In this document: one piece after another, positions 19,216 to 32,200 of the stretch
How positions within the stretch are numbered: the first letter of the stretch is position 1
Layout: each line of letters opens with the position of its first letter
IMG/VR virus record: IMGVR_UViG_3300031890_000412
Coordinates: 1 to 64,000 of that record
Length of the DNA: 64,000 bases
Strand: one strand, 5' to 3'
From: an uncultured virus (IMG/VR IMGVR_UViG_3300031890_000412)
Taxonomy: Duplodnaviria > Heunggongvirae > Uroviricota > Caudoviricetes
Position numbers and translations under genes: made by a program
Notes under the pieces: model-generated
Database searches by the model: none
Told to the model about the DNA's origin: nothing
What the model saw: the letters and a program-made list of their open reading frames with translations, nothing else

Positions 19216-19448
19216 TGCTGCCCCCACTGACTGGGCGGGTAGGGGTTGTTGGGCGGCGCCGGGTAGTTGGTCGGCGGGTAGGCGGGCGGGTACGGGGCGC
19301 AGACCTGGTGGGTGGGGTCATACCAGTTGCCGGGGTCGCACGCGTTGGCGGGCGGCGCCAGCTGGACGCCCAGGATCACGCCCGAAGCCACCGCTGCCAA
19401 TAAGGCCAGCAGCGCCGAGACGCGCAAGGGGATATGAATGTGTGTCAT
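19212..19448 (-). CDS. Small secreted Pro-rich protein, probably leaderless
   Basis: Signal peptide APPANA-CDPGNWYDPTHQVC; ATG 6 nt after TGcTACAAT. Confidence 0.65.
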   Translation of the reverse strand: MTHIHIPLRVSALLALLAAVASGVILGVQLAPPANACDPGNWYDPTHQVCAPYPPAYPPTNYPAPPNNPYPPSQWGQQ

Positions 19449-19899
19449 GGGCCCATTGTAGCAAAAACTTACCCAGTAGGTTAACCCCTCAGAGCACCAG
19501 CATCCCGATCGCGATGCCCATCGTCACCAGCAGCACGGCGATCAGAAACCAAATCAGGTCGTCGTCCACACTCACCCGTGCCACAGCAACCACAGCGCCA
19601 GCACGAGGAGAACCACCACCAGCAGACCCACGAACAGGTGGTGGTTCACACCTTTTATTGTCGATGTTCGCGCAGCAGCTCGCGCAGTTCTTCGGCACAC
19701 GTGTCCATCGCGTGACACCAGGAGTCACCGCGCAGATAGACGTCGGCGGCCCCTTCCATCTCCCAGCGCTCGGCCAGCTGGTGCAGCGCGCTGACCATGG
19801 CCAGTGTCGAGACGGCGCGGGCGCTGGCCAGGTCGGCGGCCAGCCGTTGGATCTCGGCCTCGTCGTGGATCCAGGGCGGCCGCTCGTCGTCGTCGGCCA

Positions 19900-20022
19900 T
19901 CAGTGCGCAGGCTTATCGATGCAGGTGGCGTAGATCGGCGCCGCCCCGCTGGTCCCGCCAGAGTCGGCGCAGCCGGTTAAAAAAACCAGCATCGCCACCA
20001 GGGCCATGAGTAGCCGCCTCAT
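19900..20022 (-). CDS. Micro-lipoprotein (paralog A)
   Basis: MRRLLMALVAMLVFLTGC lipobox, PIYATCI. Confidence 0.55.
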   Translation of the reverse strand: MRRLLMALVAMLVFLTGCADSGGTSGAAPIYATCIDKPAH

Positions 20023-20033
20023 CGGTTGCCCCT

Positions 20034-20135
20034 TCAAATGCAGTGCGCGTAGACGGGATGCGCCGGGCTGTCCCCGGCCGCCGTGCACCCGGCGAGCAGG
20101 GCGACCGCCGCCATCAGGGCGGCCATCAGCCTCAT
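20034..20135 (-). CDS. Micro-lipoprotein (paralog B)
   Basis: MRLMAALMAAVALLAGC lipobox, PVYAHCI. Confidence 0.55.
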   Translation of the reverse strand: MRLMAALMAAVALLAGCTAAGDSPAHPVYAHCI

Positions 20136-23100
20136 TATTCGGTATCGGGGACGAGCACGTCGTGCCGACGCGGGGAGCACACGCAGAAAGGCCGGTAATG
20201 CCGGTTCAGTTCCTCCTCGCTGCGCACCATCCGCACATCGACCCGTCGCACCGGGGGCCTGGCGCCCATGATCTCGGCGCAGTGCCCGCACGCGGTGTAG
20301 GCCAGGCCGGTGGCAAAACAGAGCGCTTCCACGCGCGGGCGCGCGTGCGCGCGCGTGGAAGGAACGGGATCCGGTGTCAGCACCGGAGTGGGGAAGTCCA
20401 GCTCGTCGAGGTCGAAGCGGTCGGCGGTTAACGTCATGGGTGCATCCTGCCACAGTTCTCATGCCTCGCCCACCGCCTTTCTCAGTCGGTCCAGGTAATC
20501 GTCGGGGATCAGCGCGGCGATGATCTTCATTTGCGCGCGGTTCACCGTGGTGCCGGTCTTGGCCTTCAGGTCAGCGATCAGCAGATCCAGCTCCTCGTCG
20601 GTGTGGTCAGCCATCGTCTTCCCAGTCGGGCATGCGAAAGCCGATGGAGGTGCGCGGGGGCAGTACATCCATGTGGATCTGATCCCCGCGCTCGGGGTGG
20701 AACTCCGCGCCCACGATGCACCAGTGGTCCCTCCCCTCCTCGTCGGGACCCTCGTGGATCAGCTCGCAGTTCAGCACGCTGCCGTCACCCCGGCGGATCT
20801 GCACGCCTTCAGGACGAGCCATCAATACCGCTTCCCGTACCGGGCCAGGATGTCCTCGATCCCCTGCAGCCGCAGCTTCTCGGTCAGGCTCATCAGCTCG
20901 TCGTCCTTGAAACTCTCGACGTAGAGTGTGGCCACCGCCAGCAGCTGCTCGAAGTCATTAGCTGGCATCGAGACTTCGCCTGGGCGAGGATCGACACTTT
21001 CCGCAGGTCCCAGCGATTCGGCGATTTTCAGCGATTGTTTGCTGCACCAGTTCTGGATGGCCTCCCAGTGCTGGGCGGTCAGGCGCACGCAGCGCCATTC
21101 GGCTGCCGCCTTGCCCCCGAAGACGATCTTGACCCCGCCGTACTCGTCGGGCTCGATCACCTCGATGACCGGCCCGCATTCCCGGCTCACGTCAGGCACT
21201 CATGATGTTCGATGACCTTGCCGCGTCCAGTTGATGTGGCAGCGGGCGCGGGTCCACCCCCAGGAAGGGCACGTAGTGGAAGTGCTGGTGCTCGCAGGAC
21301 CAGTCCTGGCAGACCGTCCAGCAGCCCCCGACGTCGTCGGGGTGCACCCGCCACTGGCCGACCGAGACCGGGCCGCTCATCGCCTCGGCGCCCCGTGCCG
21401 GTCGGTCTCCGGTGGCAGCGTGTGCTGCTCGCGGGAGTCCACCGTTGTGGATCGGATGGCTTTCAGGTTGAACGTGGTGACCGTTGCCTGCAGGTCCTCG
21501 ATCCAGCGGGCAATCGGGCCGCAGTTGGTCGGATGGGCGGAGTTGAAGGTGGTTCGGTTGATCTCACGCAGCACATCGAGCCGCGCAAGAATCATCGCCG
21601 CCAGTTCATCAGCAGCGTCCATCATGCCTCCTTCTCGTGACCAGAATCTCCGAAGCCACTCCTCCTCGGTGATGGGCTTACCCGCCATGGGCTGTGTCCT
21701 TCATATGACGACAGGACTCGCAGTAGATGACCATCGACGTCACCCCGGCCGGGAGGGTGACGGGCAGGTACCGCTGACACTGGGCGCAGCGGACTTCTTT
21801 GGCCGGATAGCCCATCCAGACCAGCGGCTTGTTGAACTGTTTGGCCCAGTCGACGGGCTCCTTGTCGTACCACGGAATCCGGTCGATGGGCTCCTTGTCG
21901 TAGGTCAGATCACTCGGGTCAAAGCCCGTCGTGTCGTACAGCGACGCGCCCTGGTAGCCGCGTTCGGCTTCCTTAGCCAACTCGTCAATAGTTTTGCCGT
22001 AACGGGCCTCGGCCTCGGCCACGTCCTCGGGGGTGGCCGCGATCACCGGCTGATGCTCACGGTCCAACTCCTCGGGGGTGTAGCGGGCATGATCACGGAC
22101 ACGCTCGTGGTCGGCCTGGCACTCAAACAGCGTCATGCCGGGATGCCAGGGGCACTGCATATCGCCGATCTTCATGTCAGCCACTCCTTGCCCTCGGTAC
22201 TCATGAAGAACTCCTTGGCGTAATTGCGGGCCTGAAACTCATTGACCTGAGCCACCTGGATCTGGCCGCCGAAGTCCTTCTCGTGCTCGGCGGCCCAGGC
22301 CAGGAAGGCCACGATCAGCTCGGTAGCTGACCCGGGCCCCACCGACCTGCGGCGTTACCCGGTGGGTAACTGTCCAGCTGGGCGTTTGCCGACACTTGTC
22401 ACAGCCCGAAGTTTTGCTGCAGCATGACCCGCCGTCGTAGTCAGCCAGCTCGACGTCGAGGAAGACGGGCTCAACCATGCTCTACCTCCCTGTCGGGCAG
22501 ATCTTAGTCATCGGGCGTGTCTCCTATTCCTCGGGAATGCGTACCTGCACCGTTTCGGCGGCTTTATCCAGGTCTTCGGGCGTCATGGTGAACACGCTGC
22601 GCGCCGCGTGGCTGGCCGCCGTCATGTCTTTGAGCAGCGTCATGAACACCTGGTTGACCGCGACCCGGGCCAGCTCGCTGGGATCCAGCTGGTCGAGGAT
22701 GATCGCCACGGCCGAGTCTTCTAGGACCAGCTCCCCGTAGAGGCGCCGATGGTTGGCGATGATCTGCACCCGCATCGCGCGGCGCAACGCGTTCTCCACG
22801 TCCGCGATCAGCGCCAGCCGGTCGCCGGTGTCCTCGAACTCCACCTGCGGATCACTCATGAGAAGCCCACCACGCCGGTGATCCTGCTGGCGTCGATGTC
22901 CTCGTCCAGCCCAGCTGCTCGATAGGTCACTTTATGCACCTCGTGCACCCGGCGGTTCAAATCCCCACCGACGCGGGCCTCGGTGATGGTGTAGCGCTTG
23001 GTGTCATCCCCGTCCAGGACAACCACCTCTCCCGGCTCAAGCATTGATGGGTTCTTTCTTGTCGAGCAGATTGACCGGCGGCTCGGGATAGGGCTGCTCG

Positions 23101-24859
23101 GCTTCGGCGATGAGGCGCATCAGCGCGTGCAGCGCCTCCATCGGGGTGTGCCCGTTCCCGGCCTTCTCGAACAGCGGGATGGCCCGGTAGGCGACGAAGT
23201 CCACACCTTCCCCGCCTTCGATGACGTATCTCATACTTTCACCTTCGGGCATCCTTGCAGGTGGGAGCGTAGCGGCCACTGCTTGTAGCGAGTCGGCCAG
23301 CCACAGATTGAGCACGGGGTGTGCAGGTGGTGATCGGGGTAGATCTCCATCCAGCCCGACCTCATCGCATTCTCGCCATCATGTCCACGGCTATCATCAC
23401 CTGGTAGCACAGCGCCTCCCGGTCGTTGTCGCTTTCCATCAGCGTCTTGACGGTGTTGAAGATCAGGTTGTCACGCGGGATGCGGTCCTTGTACTTCGCA
23501 TAGGCGCTAGTCAGATTTTCCAGATGAGCGGTCCAGTAAGCGATAACCGAATCGGCCTCTTCGCGGGCGTTGGCGATGATCAGGTCCATCGGGTCTGGGG
23601 CGGGCACCGGCAGCCTCCTCGATTGCACGCAGCAGCATGATCTGAGTAGACACCAGTTTGTCGGCCAGCTGGTAGAGGTTGGCCAGGTGGTCCTCGGCCT
23701 CGGCGGGCCCGCTGACCTTCAGCCTGTGCCAGAGACCCACGGTGTTCTCCACCTCGCGCCGCGCCAGCTTCACGAAGGTGATCTCCGACGTCGGGGTGTC
23801 AGCCATCGTCGAACTCGATCAGGCCGGGCACCTGGAAGCGGACGGGATAGGCCACCGGGTCGGCCGGGAAGTGCACCAGGAACTTGGCCCCGGCCACATG
23901 ACAGGTGGCCAGGAAGTGCAGCGCGTCGATCCCGGCCGCGTGCAGCTGCTCATCGGTCAGCGGGACCGGGCGCAGCCGGGAGGAGGCCAGCCGCATCTCT
24001 TTGAGGCACTCCTTGGTGGTGGGCCGTCCCGCCACCTGCTCACCCAAGATGAACTCGGCGTCGGTCAGCGGCGGCAAGTCGTCAGCCACTGTTGGCCATT
24101 GCCTTCTCGGTCAACGAGGCAATGCTGACGTGGGTCGCGGTGATACCGACCTGGGGGGAGGCCGCGTCGTTGACGATGGACTGCAGCTGCTCCTGGTTCA
24201 TCCGCAGCATCGAGTTGCCGTCCTTGTCGTTGTTCTTCACCACGTTGCCGGGCACGGTGATGGTCAGCTCGTTGATGGTGACGCTCATGATGTCTCCTCT
24301 TCCTCATCGGTTTCCTCGCACTGGATGGCTTCCAGTTCGTCTTCACGCAGGGTGAACTGCCCCAGCCCGGGAATGCTCACCTGGTAGTGCGCGGTGGCAC
24401 CGTCGGCGCGCGGGTAGACGCTGCGTGAGACGGACACTACAGTGCCCTGAGCGCCCCCCTGACGCACGATCACGCGTTCGTTGACCCCGAACTTCGGGGA
24501 GCCGGAGAAACTCGCCCCAGGCGCCGCAGAGGCCTGATCTGAAGGCCAGGGCAGCAGCACTTTGGGCGCCGGGCGCGGGCGGGTCAGCTCGGCCACGGTG
24601 GCGAGGTCCTTGGACGCCAGCACCCCTTTGATCCATTCGATGTCCAGGTGCAGCTCGAACAGCTCGCGGGAGGATTCCCGGGCTTCCTCGAAAGCGCGGT
24701 CGGCCGCCTCCTTGGCGTAGACGTGCGGGGGTTCAGAGCCGTTGGGCACCGGCGCTCCTTCGGACTATTGACCTCACAGGTTACCTTGCTTCTCGATGTC
24801 CTCCAACGCTTCCCGCAGATCAGCAGCGATCTGCTCGCCGGTCGACTTGACGTAGATGG

Positions 24860-25149
24860 ACCCTGATGTCGATGGCGGCGCCATTCTCATCCACACCCAC
24901 GGGCAGGTCGAGGAACTCGTCGATGTTCCAGATGTCGTCGGCCTTACGGTCCAGCCACCAGGCCAGCCGGTGCAGCAGCCCGGCGATACGGCGCCTCATT
25001 CCACCGTCACCTCGCCCAGCCGCCGAACCATCTCCTCGACAGCGGCGCCGCAGGCTTTGGCGTACGCCGAAACCACGTCCTCGGGCCCGGCGGTGTCCTT
25101 CCAGCGCACCCTGATGTCGATGGCGGCACCATTCTCATCCACACCCACG
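24860..25149. repeat. 42-bp direct repeat (24860-24901 and 25108-25149, one mismatch)
   Basis: accctgatgtcgatggcggc(g/a)ccattctcatccacacccacg. Confidence 0.9.
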
Positions 25150-28100
25150 CTGAACCCACTCACAGCAGCACCCACAGCGCACAGACCAGCACCCCCAGAA
25201 CCAGCACACAGACCAGGCCCCACTCGTCGAAGAACGTGTTCACGACACCTCCTGTGGGGGTGTGGCCACCAGGTCGTAGCCCACCGCGCGGGCCTCGGCG
25301 ATCACCTGCTCGGCGAACGGGTCGCAGATCGAGCGGCTCGGCCCGAACCCGAAAGCGTGGTAGACCAGCTCGGAGAAGGCCATGCCCAGCAGCCGTTGGT
25401 CGATCATCGGTCCTCCGCCAGCCGGTAAACACACTTGCCCGCGCTGTGCGGGACCCGCGTCACGATGCCGTGCCGATGCAGGGTTTCCAGGATCACCTTC
25501 TGGTGCCGGTCAATCCGCAGGTGCGGGGGCCAGATCCCGCCGCACAGCCGCATGGTTTCCAGGATCACCCGCTGGCGTTTGCCCTGTCCCCGCATCATTG
25601 GTCCCCGTACTGGTCGGACGGCGGCGGCCAGGTGGCCGGGGTCAGCGGCGGGCCGATCGGGCGGTGGGCGTCGTCGTCCAGGGCGATCACCGCCCCGAAG
25701 GCGATGCCCAGCGCCACCACCCAGAAGGCGATCTTCCACCAGCTCATATCGGTGCCCTATCCGCCTCGTGCATCATGCGTGCCAGCCGAGCCACCGCCAC
25801 CGCCGCCAGCATGGCCACGTTGCCGCCCCCGATGTCGCCCTGCGTCTCGGCGGTGCCCAGCGCCATGGCCACGCTGAGCGCGACGTCCTTGTCGGTGCGC
25901 CCGTCGTTGATGAACTCGGTGGCCAGCACCACGAAGGCGTTCAGCTTCTCGTTGTGGTCGGTGTAGATGTCGCGCTCGCCGTCGTCCACAGCAAACACCT
26001 TCCTGTTGCCTTCTCGTAGGTTGCCGTTTTCAGCGTGCGTAGCAAACTCGGTACACGCCGTTGTCCAGGCTGAGAATGCCACGCTGGACCAGCCCGTCGA
26101 AGATGTGCCGGTGATCGCTGCGGATCTTCCAGTGCTGCGGCCACATCCCGGCGTTGCGGTGCATGGCGTCCAGCACCGCTTGCTGGCGCCGTCCCAGCTT
26201 CTTCTCGTTCACCGGCGCCGTCTGCGGTACGCGTTGCGTCCCCAGATCGCCAGCTGGGTCACGATCGCCCCGAACAGGCCGCCCACCAGAAACTCTGCCC
26301 AACTCACAACACTCCCTATCTCGTCGACGCCTTAGTCCTGTGGCCCCGGCAGCGGCTTGTTCAGGTCTGCCCACGGCTCAAAGCCCCACCATTTGTCGCG
26401 TTCCCGCACCGCGTCATTGAACGCCTCCAAGGCATTGAAGACGAACATGGCCAGGATAAAATCGGGGGTGTGACTGCGGTTCTCCACGCTGTGCCGGTTG
26501 CACAGCTCGCGCAGCTCTTCCTCGAAGCTCTTCCCGTCGTTCACAGCACTCCCTGTCTGGCCGCCAGCTCGGCCCTGATGGAGGTCACCAGCGCCTGCAG
26601 CCAGCTGTCGTCGGCGCCCTTGATGTGAATCGCGTTGCCGATCCGGACCGCCTTCATCCCCGGCTGCAGGGTGATGGTGAAGGTCGGCTTCATGGGGCTC
26701 ACCTCTGGATCGGCTTGTCCTTGATCTTCGCATGCAACGCCGTTCCCATATTGATCTTGGTCATCGCGGGTGCAGCGGTTTGCCGTCGATCTTGGCACTG
26801 ACCGCGCCCCCGCACGCCATACAGGCCACATGATAGGGCTCGTCGGAGACGAATTTGTGCGGGCGAACGCTGCCGTCGGCGTTGAACACCGCCGGGTCGC
26901 GGAACCTCTTATCGATGGTGGTCATGTGTTCTCCTTGGGTGATTTTCGTGCTGTAGATCAACAGCACCGTGTTGAGCAGGCAGACGACGATCAGCGCTCC
27001 CAGAAGCGCCCCCAGAAGCAGCGTTGTCACGGGTATCCACTAGCAGACCCCGGTTACCGGCATGCGTCAACATGTTCACAACGGGCCTTCAGCGGGCCTG
27101 TACGCCATCATGGCGTGCCGGTAGGCCACTATGGCGTCGGGCCCCTCGAACGTGCGCTCACAGCGGTCCCAGCCCGCATAGACGGCATATCTACGCAACC
27201 CCTCCACCGTCGCGGGACGAGGGGGCCAGTTGGTGCTCGCCCACCAGGTCTGCCCCAGCGGGTCGGTGTAGCCCCAGGAGGACCCGTCGGGAGCGATACC
27301 GTGCAGGATCCAGGTCACGACAGCAGCCCTATCGTCAACCGATACTCAGGCCCAGCAACACCCCAGACAGGAAGAACAGCGTGATGACTAGGGCGAATCC
27401 GCCCCAGGTGGCGTTGTAGCCAATGCGAGGCTCGGTCATATCCAGGTCTTCCTGTCGGGGGCCATGCCGTGCAGCGTCCAGGTCATTCGACCACCACCTC
27501 GGGGACCAGCAGTTTGGGCTTGCCCTGCTCGGTGATCGGGGTGCGGCGCAGGGTGCCCGGCACCTGACCGGGGACTTCGACGTAGTCGTACCAGTGCTGA
27601 CGCTGTGCTTCTGCACGTAGCTCACGACGCAATTGGTGAAGGACCACGGCCTTTCCCGGCTCGGTGGCCCGTGCATAAGCACGGGCGTGCACCGGCAGGA
27701 TCTCACGGGTGGCGTACTCAGCGATGCAGGGGTCTTTGGGGCAGGTCAAGGTGATTTTCACGGGCGTTCTCCGTAGTCGAGCAGGTCTGTGGTTCGGACG
27801 CGGGGGGATGTGTACGCGGTGGGGGGTACCGCAGGCGGGACAGTCCGCCTCCATGTAGCAGTCGCCGCGCCTGACCGCGACAGGGGCGTCGGGCGGGGTG
27901 GTGTAATCGCACAGCCGGATACCGCAAGAACAGTCGATGACGCAGGTCATCCGAACAGCTCCCTGGCGGGGATCGGTACTACGTGGTGCGCTCCGCAATC
28001 GGGACAGTCAATCATCAGATGAGACTGATCTTGCAGAATCGCCATCGGCGCGTCCGGTGGTGGCGTGTATTCGGTCAGGTTCTTGGTGGGTCTGATGATG

Positions 28101-30019
28101 ATGTTCTGCCGAGTCCCGCACTCGCAGTCGATGATTACATTCGTCACACTGTTCCCTTCCGTTGCACAGGTTTTCGTGGATCACCCCGCAGTCGGGGCAC
28201 TGGTGGATGTAGGTGCTCACCGCGTCATCCCCGGGGGGTAGGCGGGATGGCCGTCCCCGTGCGGCGGGGCGTCCCGGCAACCCAGGCTGGGGCGGTCGTG
28301 CGAGCGGTGACACCACTGGCACCGGGTGGGGTCGTCGTCCCGGTACTGACATTGGTTGCGGTGATTCCTGCAGCGCTCCCTGGTCTTTCTCGGCGGCAAG
28401 CCGGGCGGATCCCACGGGCGGGTCACCGGGCGCTCTGCGGCCTGTCTGACGGTCACGCCCACCCCAGCTCGACCAGACGCGCGATGCCGTCGTCGGCGAC
28501 CTCCTTGGCCTGGGTGCTGTCGAACACGATCGAGCCGGTGCCACCGACCCAGCACGTCGACCCCGCGCCCACCACCTGATACATCAGCTCGGTGACGTTC
28601 TCGGCATCGGCGAAGCGGTTCAGGATCATTCGGACAGGCTCACCGCCCCAGCTCCTCGATCACGATGGCGTCCCCGAGGGGGTGCTCTTGTACCAGTGGT
28701 GCTCGCAGAGGTATTGCTCGCGGTCCTCGGGGTAGCACACACAACCCTTGCTCATGATGACGCGCACGGTGGCGGGTCCATCACCGAATCGGCACTGGGC
28801 CACTGCCATACACCGGCCTTTCGGGTCTCGCACAGCCAGGAGTGCCGGGCAGGTACGGGCACTTCCCCATCTCGCCACATGTCGGGCAGGGGTCCATCCC
28901 CAGGTGCTCGTCGCAGCGGCTGCGCTGCTCCCAGTTGCCCAAGCCGGGACCGTCCCCGGTCCAACGTCCGAAGGCACTGGTGGCCTGGTTGGGACAGTCG
29001 CCATAGCCACAGCGGCCAGGGAACGGGCGACCGTCCCAGAGTGCGGGCCTGCGCTCTTCACTCACTGCCATATCACCTGCGCCTCCCTGTTCGAGTGCGC
29101 CCAGCCCTGGTGAGGTTCATCGGTGCTCCCGATGCGGCTGGCCATGATTGTCGGCCGCCGCGTCGTCGGCCCGCCAGAAGCGCTCTTTGGCCAGCTCGTA
29201 GATCTTGTCGGTGGGCGGCCATATCGCAGGGGGGTCAATGCCGGTGTGCGCTTGCAGCTGGCGCACCTTGAGTTCCAACAGACCCACCTCGATGCCGGTC
29301 TGCCGGATCAGCTGGTCGATGCGCTCGTGCAGGTAGGCCAGCTCATCAGAAATGCTCATGGCGCCCAATCAGCTCACCGCCCTCGGTCGGCCGTGGCGCA
29401 CCACGTTGACCCCCAGCGTGGACAGCAGGGCGACCAACAGCTTGGGCGGGGGATGGCCGGAGAGCGTGTGCGCCTCGTTCTGCTTGACCCACAGCACAAA
29501 CTCGCTCAGGTGTCTGGTGGCCGAGGCGACGGTGTCCTCGTCGATGCCGTTGCGCCGCAGGATGGCCGCGATCGCCTCCTCCTCCTCCATCGGCAGAAAG
29601 GCGCTCATCAGGCTGCCTTCTTGCGCTCGGCCCAGCCGATGGAAAGCAGCATGCCTTGGGCGACCTGGCGCCGGGGACCTTTGGTCTTGGCCACCGGCTC
29701 CAAGACCTCGCGAAGCAGCTCGATACGCTCCGGTGTCAGATTCATCTCCATGTGTGTCTCCTTGGGTAGTTCTCGGGTGTGTCACCTTCTGGAACAATTT
29801 ACCAGCCAAGTATATTCCGGTAAGTCACGCCGGATACGCCAGGAGAACAGGCTGGTCCATTCGATCCAGCTGTTGCTGCCCATAGCGAGCACGGGGCGAT
29901 CAACCCAGCGCGAATCGCGTGGGCCCTCTGGCTTGCTGTGGATGCTCATTCGGTGTCCAGCACCTTCTCACCCACCCGGGGGACGGGGAACTGCCGCCCG
30001 CACATGGTGCACTGCGCCT

Positions 30020-30544
30020 TCACAGCGGTGGTCCCATCAGCTCGCCGTAGTTGAAGTCCTGCCCCATCACATCCTGGATGGTGACCTGCGGGCCGTGGGC
30101 GCCGTGGAACTCCCCGCGCCAGATGTGGCAGTACTTGACCACGGTGGCGTCGGGACGACCTTTGACGAAAGGAATGGCACGCGGTGTGGGACGCCACCAG
30201 CCGTTGCGGTAGCTGCCGTCCTCGCGCATCCCGGGCATCGGCTCGATGAGATCCCAGGCGGGATAACGCAGCTTGGCGAAATCCCCGCCGCCGGTGCCCC
30301 GGTCTCTCAGCCGCGCCGCCAGCGGGGGGACCTCCACCCAGCTCTCGCCGTTGCGCTCGAAGTACCACACCACCGCCACCAGCAGGGTGCCCATCGCGCG
30401 GGTGATGGTGCGGTTGACGTACTCCTTGTCCAGCTTGGAGCAGGCCGGGCAGATCTTGCCCTCGGGGCAGGGATCGTTGAGCCACTCGGTGGCATCCGAG
30501 AGCGAATCGTTGTCGGGATCGAAGTGAAACGGACCGTGGGTCAT
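30020..30544 (-). CDS. Hypothetical protein with CxxC and possible wHTH
   Basis: ICPACSK...GDFAKLRY..WDLIE...GWWRPT. Confidence 0.6.
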   Translation of the reverse strand: MTHGPFHFDPDNDSLSDATEWLNDPCPEGKICPACSKLDKEYVNRTITRAMGTLLVAVVWYFERNGESWVEVPPLAARLRDRGTGGGDFAKLRYPAWDLIEPMPGMREDGSYRNGWWRPTPRAIPFVKGRPDATVVKYCHIWRGEFHGAHGPQVTIQDVMGQDFNYGELMGPPL

Positions 30545-31767
30545 CAGACCACCGCCACGATCAGCCGGAACAGCGCCCACCCGTAGAACACCAGGGCCAC
30601 CGGCACGATGGCCGCGAGCAAGACCAGCGTGGCGCGGTAGTCGGCGCGGGTGGTGTCGGTGAAGTTGTGCGGACCACCGTCGAAGCCGAACAGCCCGCGT
30701 TGCAGCTGGATGAGCAACTCATTCACTGGCTGTCCTCGTGATGCAGCTGGCAGCACTTCTTGGCCTCTTTCAGCGTGCGAACACCATAGCCCTCCCCGTC
30801 GGTGGGCCCGGGCCCGAAATCCAGGCAGGGACGCCAGGTGTCGTCCTGCGCCCAGCGCTCGGCGGGGAACCAGGGCCCGCCCCTGCTGTACTGCACGATG
30901 CGGTAGACGTAGCCTTCGCTGGCCGCCCAGTAGGTCTTCTCCGACGGGTTGCGCAGTCGCTCCGGCGGGATGCGCGTGAAGTGCAGCGGGGGCTCGTTGC
31001 GATCGAACACGACCGGCCCGCCGTCATCGGCGCTCATATCAGCTCCATCATTGGTCGTCGTCCTCCAACCCCCATCGGTTCTCGTTCTCGATCCCGCCGA
31101 CGTACTCGATCTCCCTGGCCTCCCACTGCTGGGCGCGTGCCTTGGCCGCGTCCAGGTCAGCGAAGTGGGCCTCGGCCAGCTCACACGAATCAACCACCTC
31201 GGTGCCCTCGTCCTCCTCGACCTCGTTGCCCTCCTCGTCGAGGTAGTGGCCGGTGGGCATGTACGCCGACAGCGCCAGCCTGCTGACGTGGACGCCGTGG
31301 ACGTCGGTGTAGTCCAAGATGGTGTAGGTGCGGGCGCCCTCGATCGGGAAGATCACCACCCGGCTGCCGCCCCGGGTGAACGCGTGGCGGATGACCAGAT
31401 CGGGGAAGTGCTCCATCGGGCTGTTCTCGGGCTTCCCCCATTTCAGCTGTTCGATCATCACGCCACCACCTCGTCGCACTCGTCATCCCATTCCTGCACG
31501 TGATAGCCGGTTACATACGAGCTGGGCTGGGCCTTTTCCATGGCGTGGGCGAAGACCGTCGCCGCCAGCCAGCGGACGTCGTGGGCGATCTCGGTGGCGG
31601 GCAGGGAGGGGGTGTCGGCATGGTGGCGGGCCCGGTAGACGTCTAGGTCGACGTCCACGCTATAGCTGATCTTGACCCTCATCACGCCACCCCTTTACGC
31701 AGCTCTTCGAGCGTGGGTGGTTTCAGTTTTACTGCCATGTTGTGTGTCTCCTTGTGTGTGTCTGCTG

Positions 31768-32130
31768 CTATCTGATGAGCATGGAACAGAAGTAATCCGT
31801 CAGGGACCTGCTCGCGTTCCAGACGGCTTCCTCCGAGATAAGAGCCAGTTTTTTGGCCTGAGCCACCACCTCGTCGAATCCTTGGGACAGATACTCGCGC
31901 TCGGCGCCCGCCCATTGCTTGAGCTGACTCTCGTGACGCCGGGCATCCAAATGGGGATGAGAAATCCACACTCGCCCTGTCTGGCGTCCGTAAGCCAGGG
32001 CATCACGACGATGCTGAGAGATGCGCGCCTGCGGCCGATTGGTGATGCCGATCTTGCAGCCTCGATCGAGGATCTCCACGACATACAGATATTTGGAGTC
32101 GTCGTATGGGGTCAGCTCACCACCACTCAC
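31768..32130 (-). CDS. GIY-YIG / T5orf172-like nuclease
   Basis: YLYVV...KIGITNRPQARISQH...E; locally lower GC. Confidence 0.65.
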   Translation of the reverse strand: MSGGELTPYDDSKYLYVVEILDRGCKIGITNRPQARISQHRRDALAYGRQTGRVWISHPHLDARRHESQLKQWAGAEREYLSQGFDEVVAQAKKLALISEEAVWNASRSLTDYFCSMLIR

Positions 32131-32169
32131 GCGAAAACCTCCTTGGGGCTACCAGATCCAGTGCCTTCA

Positions 32170-32200
32170 GATTATCACAACATTAGAGGTACGTTAGAAG
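32170..32200 (-). promoter_or_regulatory. Promoter: TGtGATAAT with 11-bp-phased CTAA repeats
   Basis: Plus-strand ATTATCA 32171, ATTAGAG 32182, GTTAGAA 32193. Confidence 0.65.

Larger units (their letters stand above)
19489..31738 (-). other. Dense array of dozens of small translationally coupled accessory ORFs (membrane micropeptides, lipoproteins, Zn-ribbons, small wHTH)
   Basis: Chains of ATGA/GTGA-overlapping 25-190 aa ORFs with SD sites, e.g. 20135..20437, 20822..21199, 21678..22184, 22524..22859, 24285..24749, 25744..26082, 31048..31479; no recognisable enzymes. Confidence 0.75.

Noticed and set aside
24860..25149. 42-bp repeat as DGR template/variable repeat or att site
   Set aside because: Too short, only one mismatch, and no reverse transcriptase or integrase in the window.
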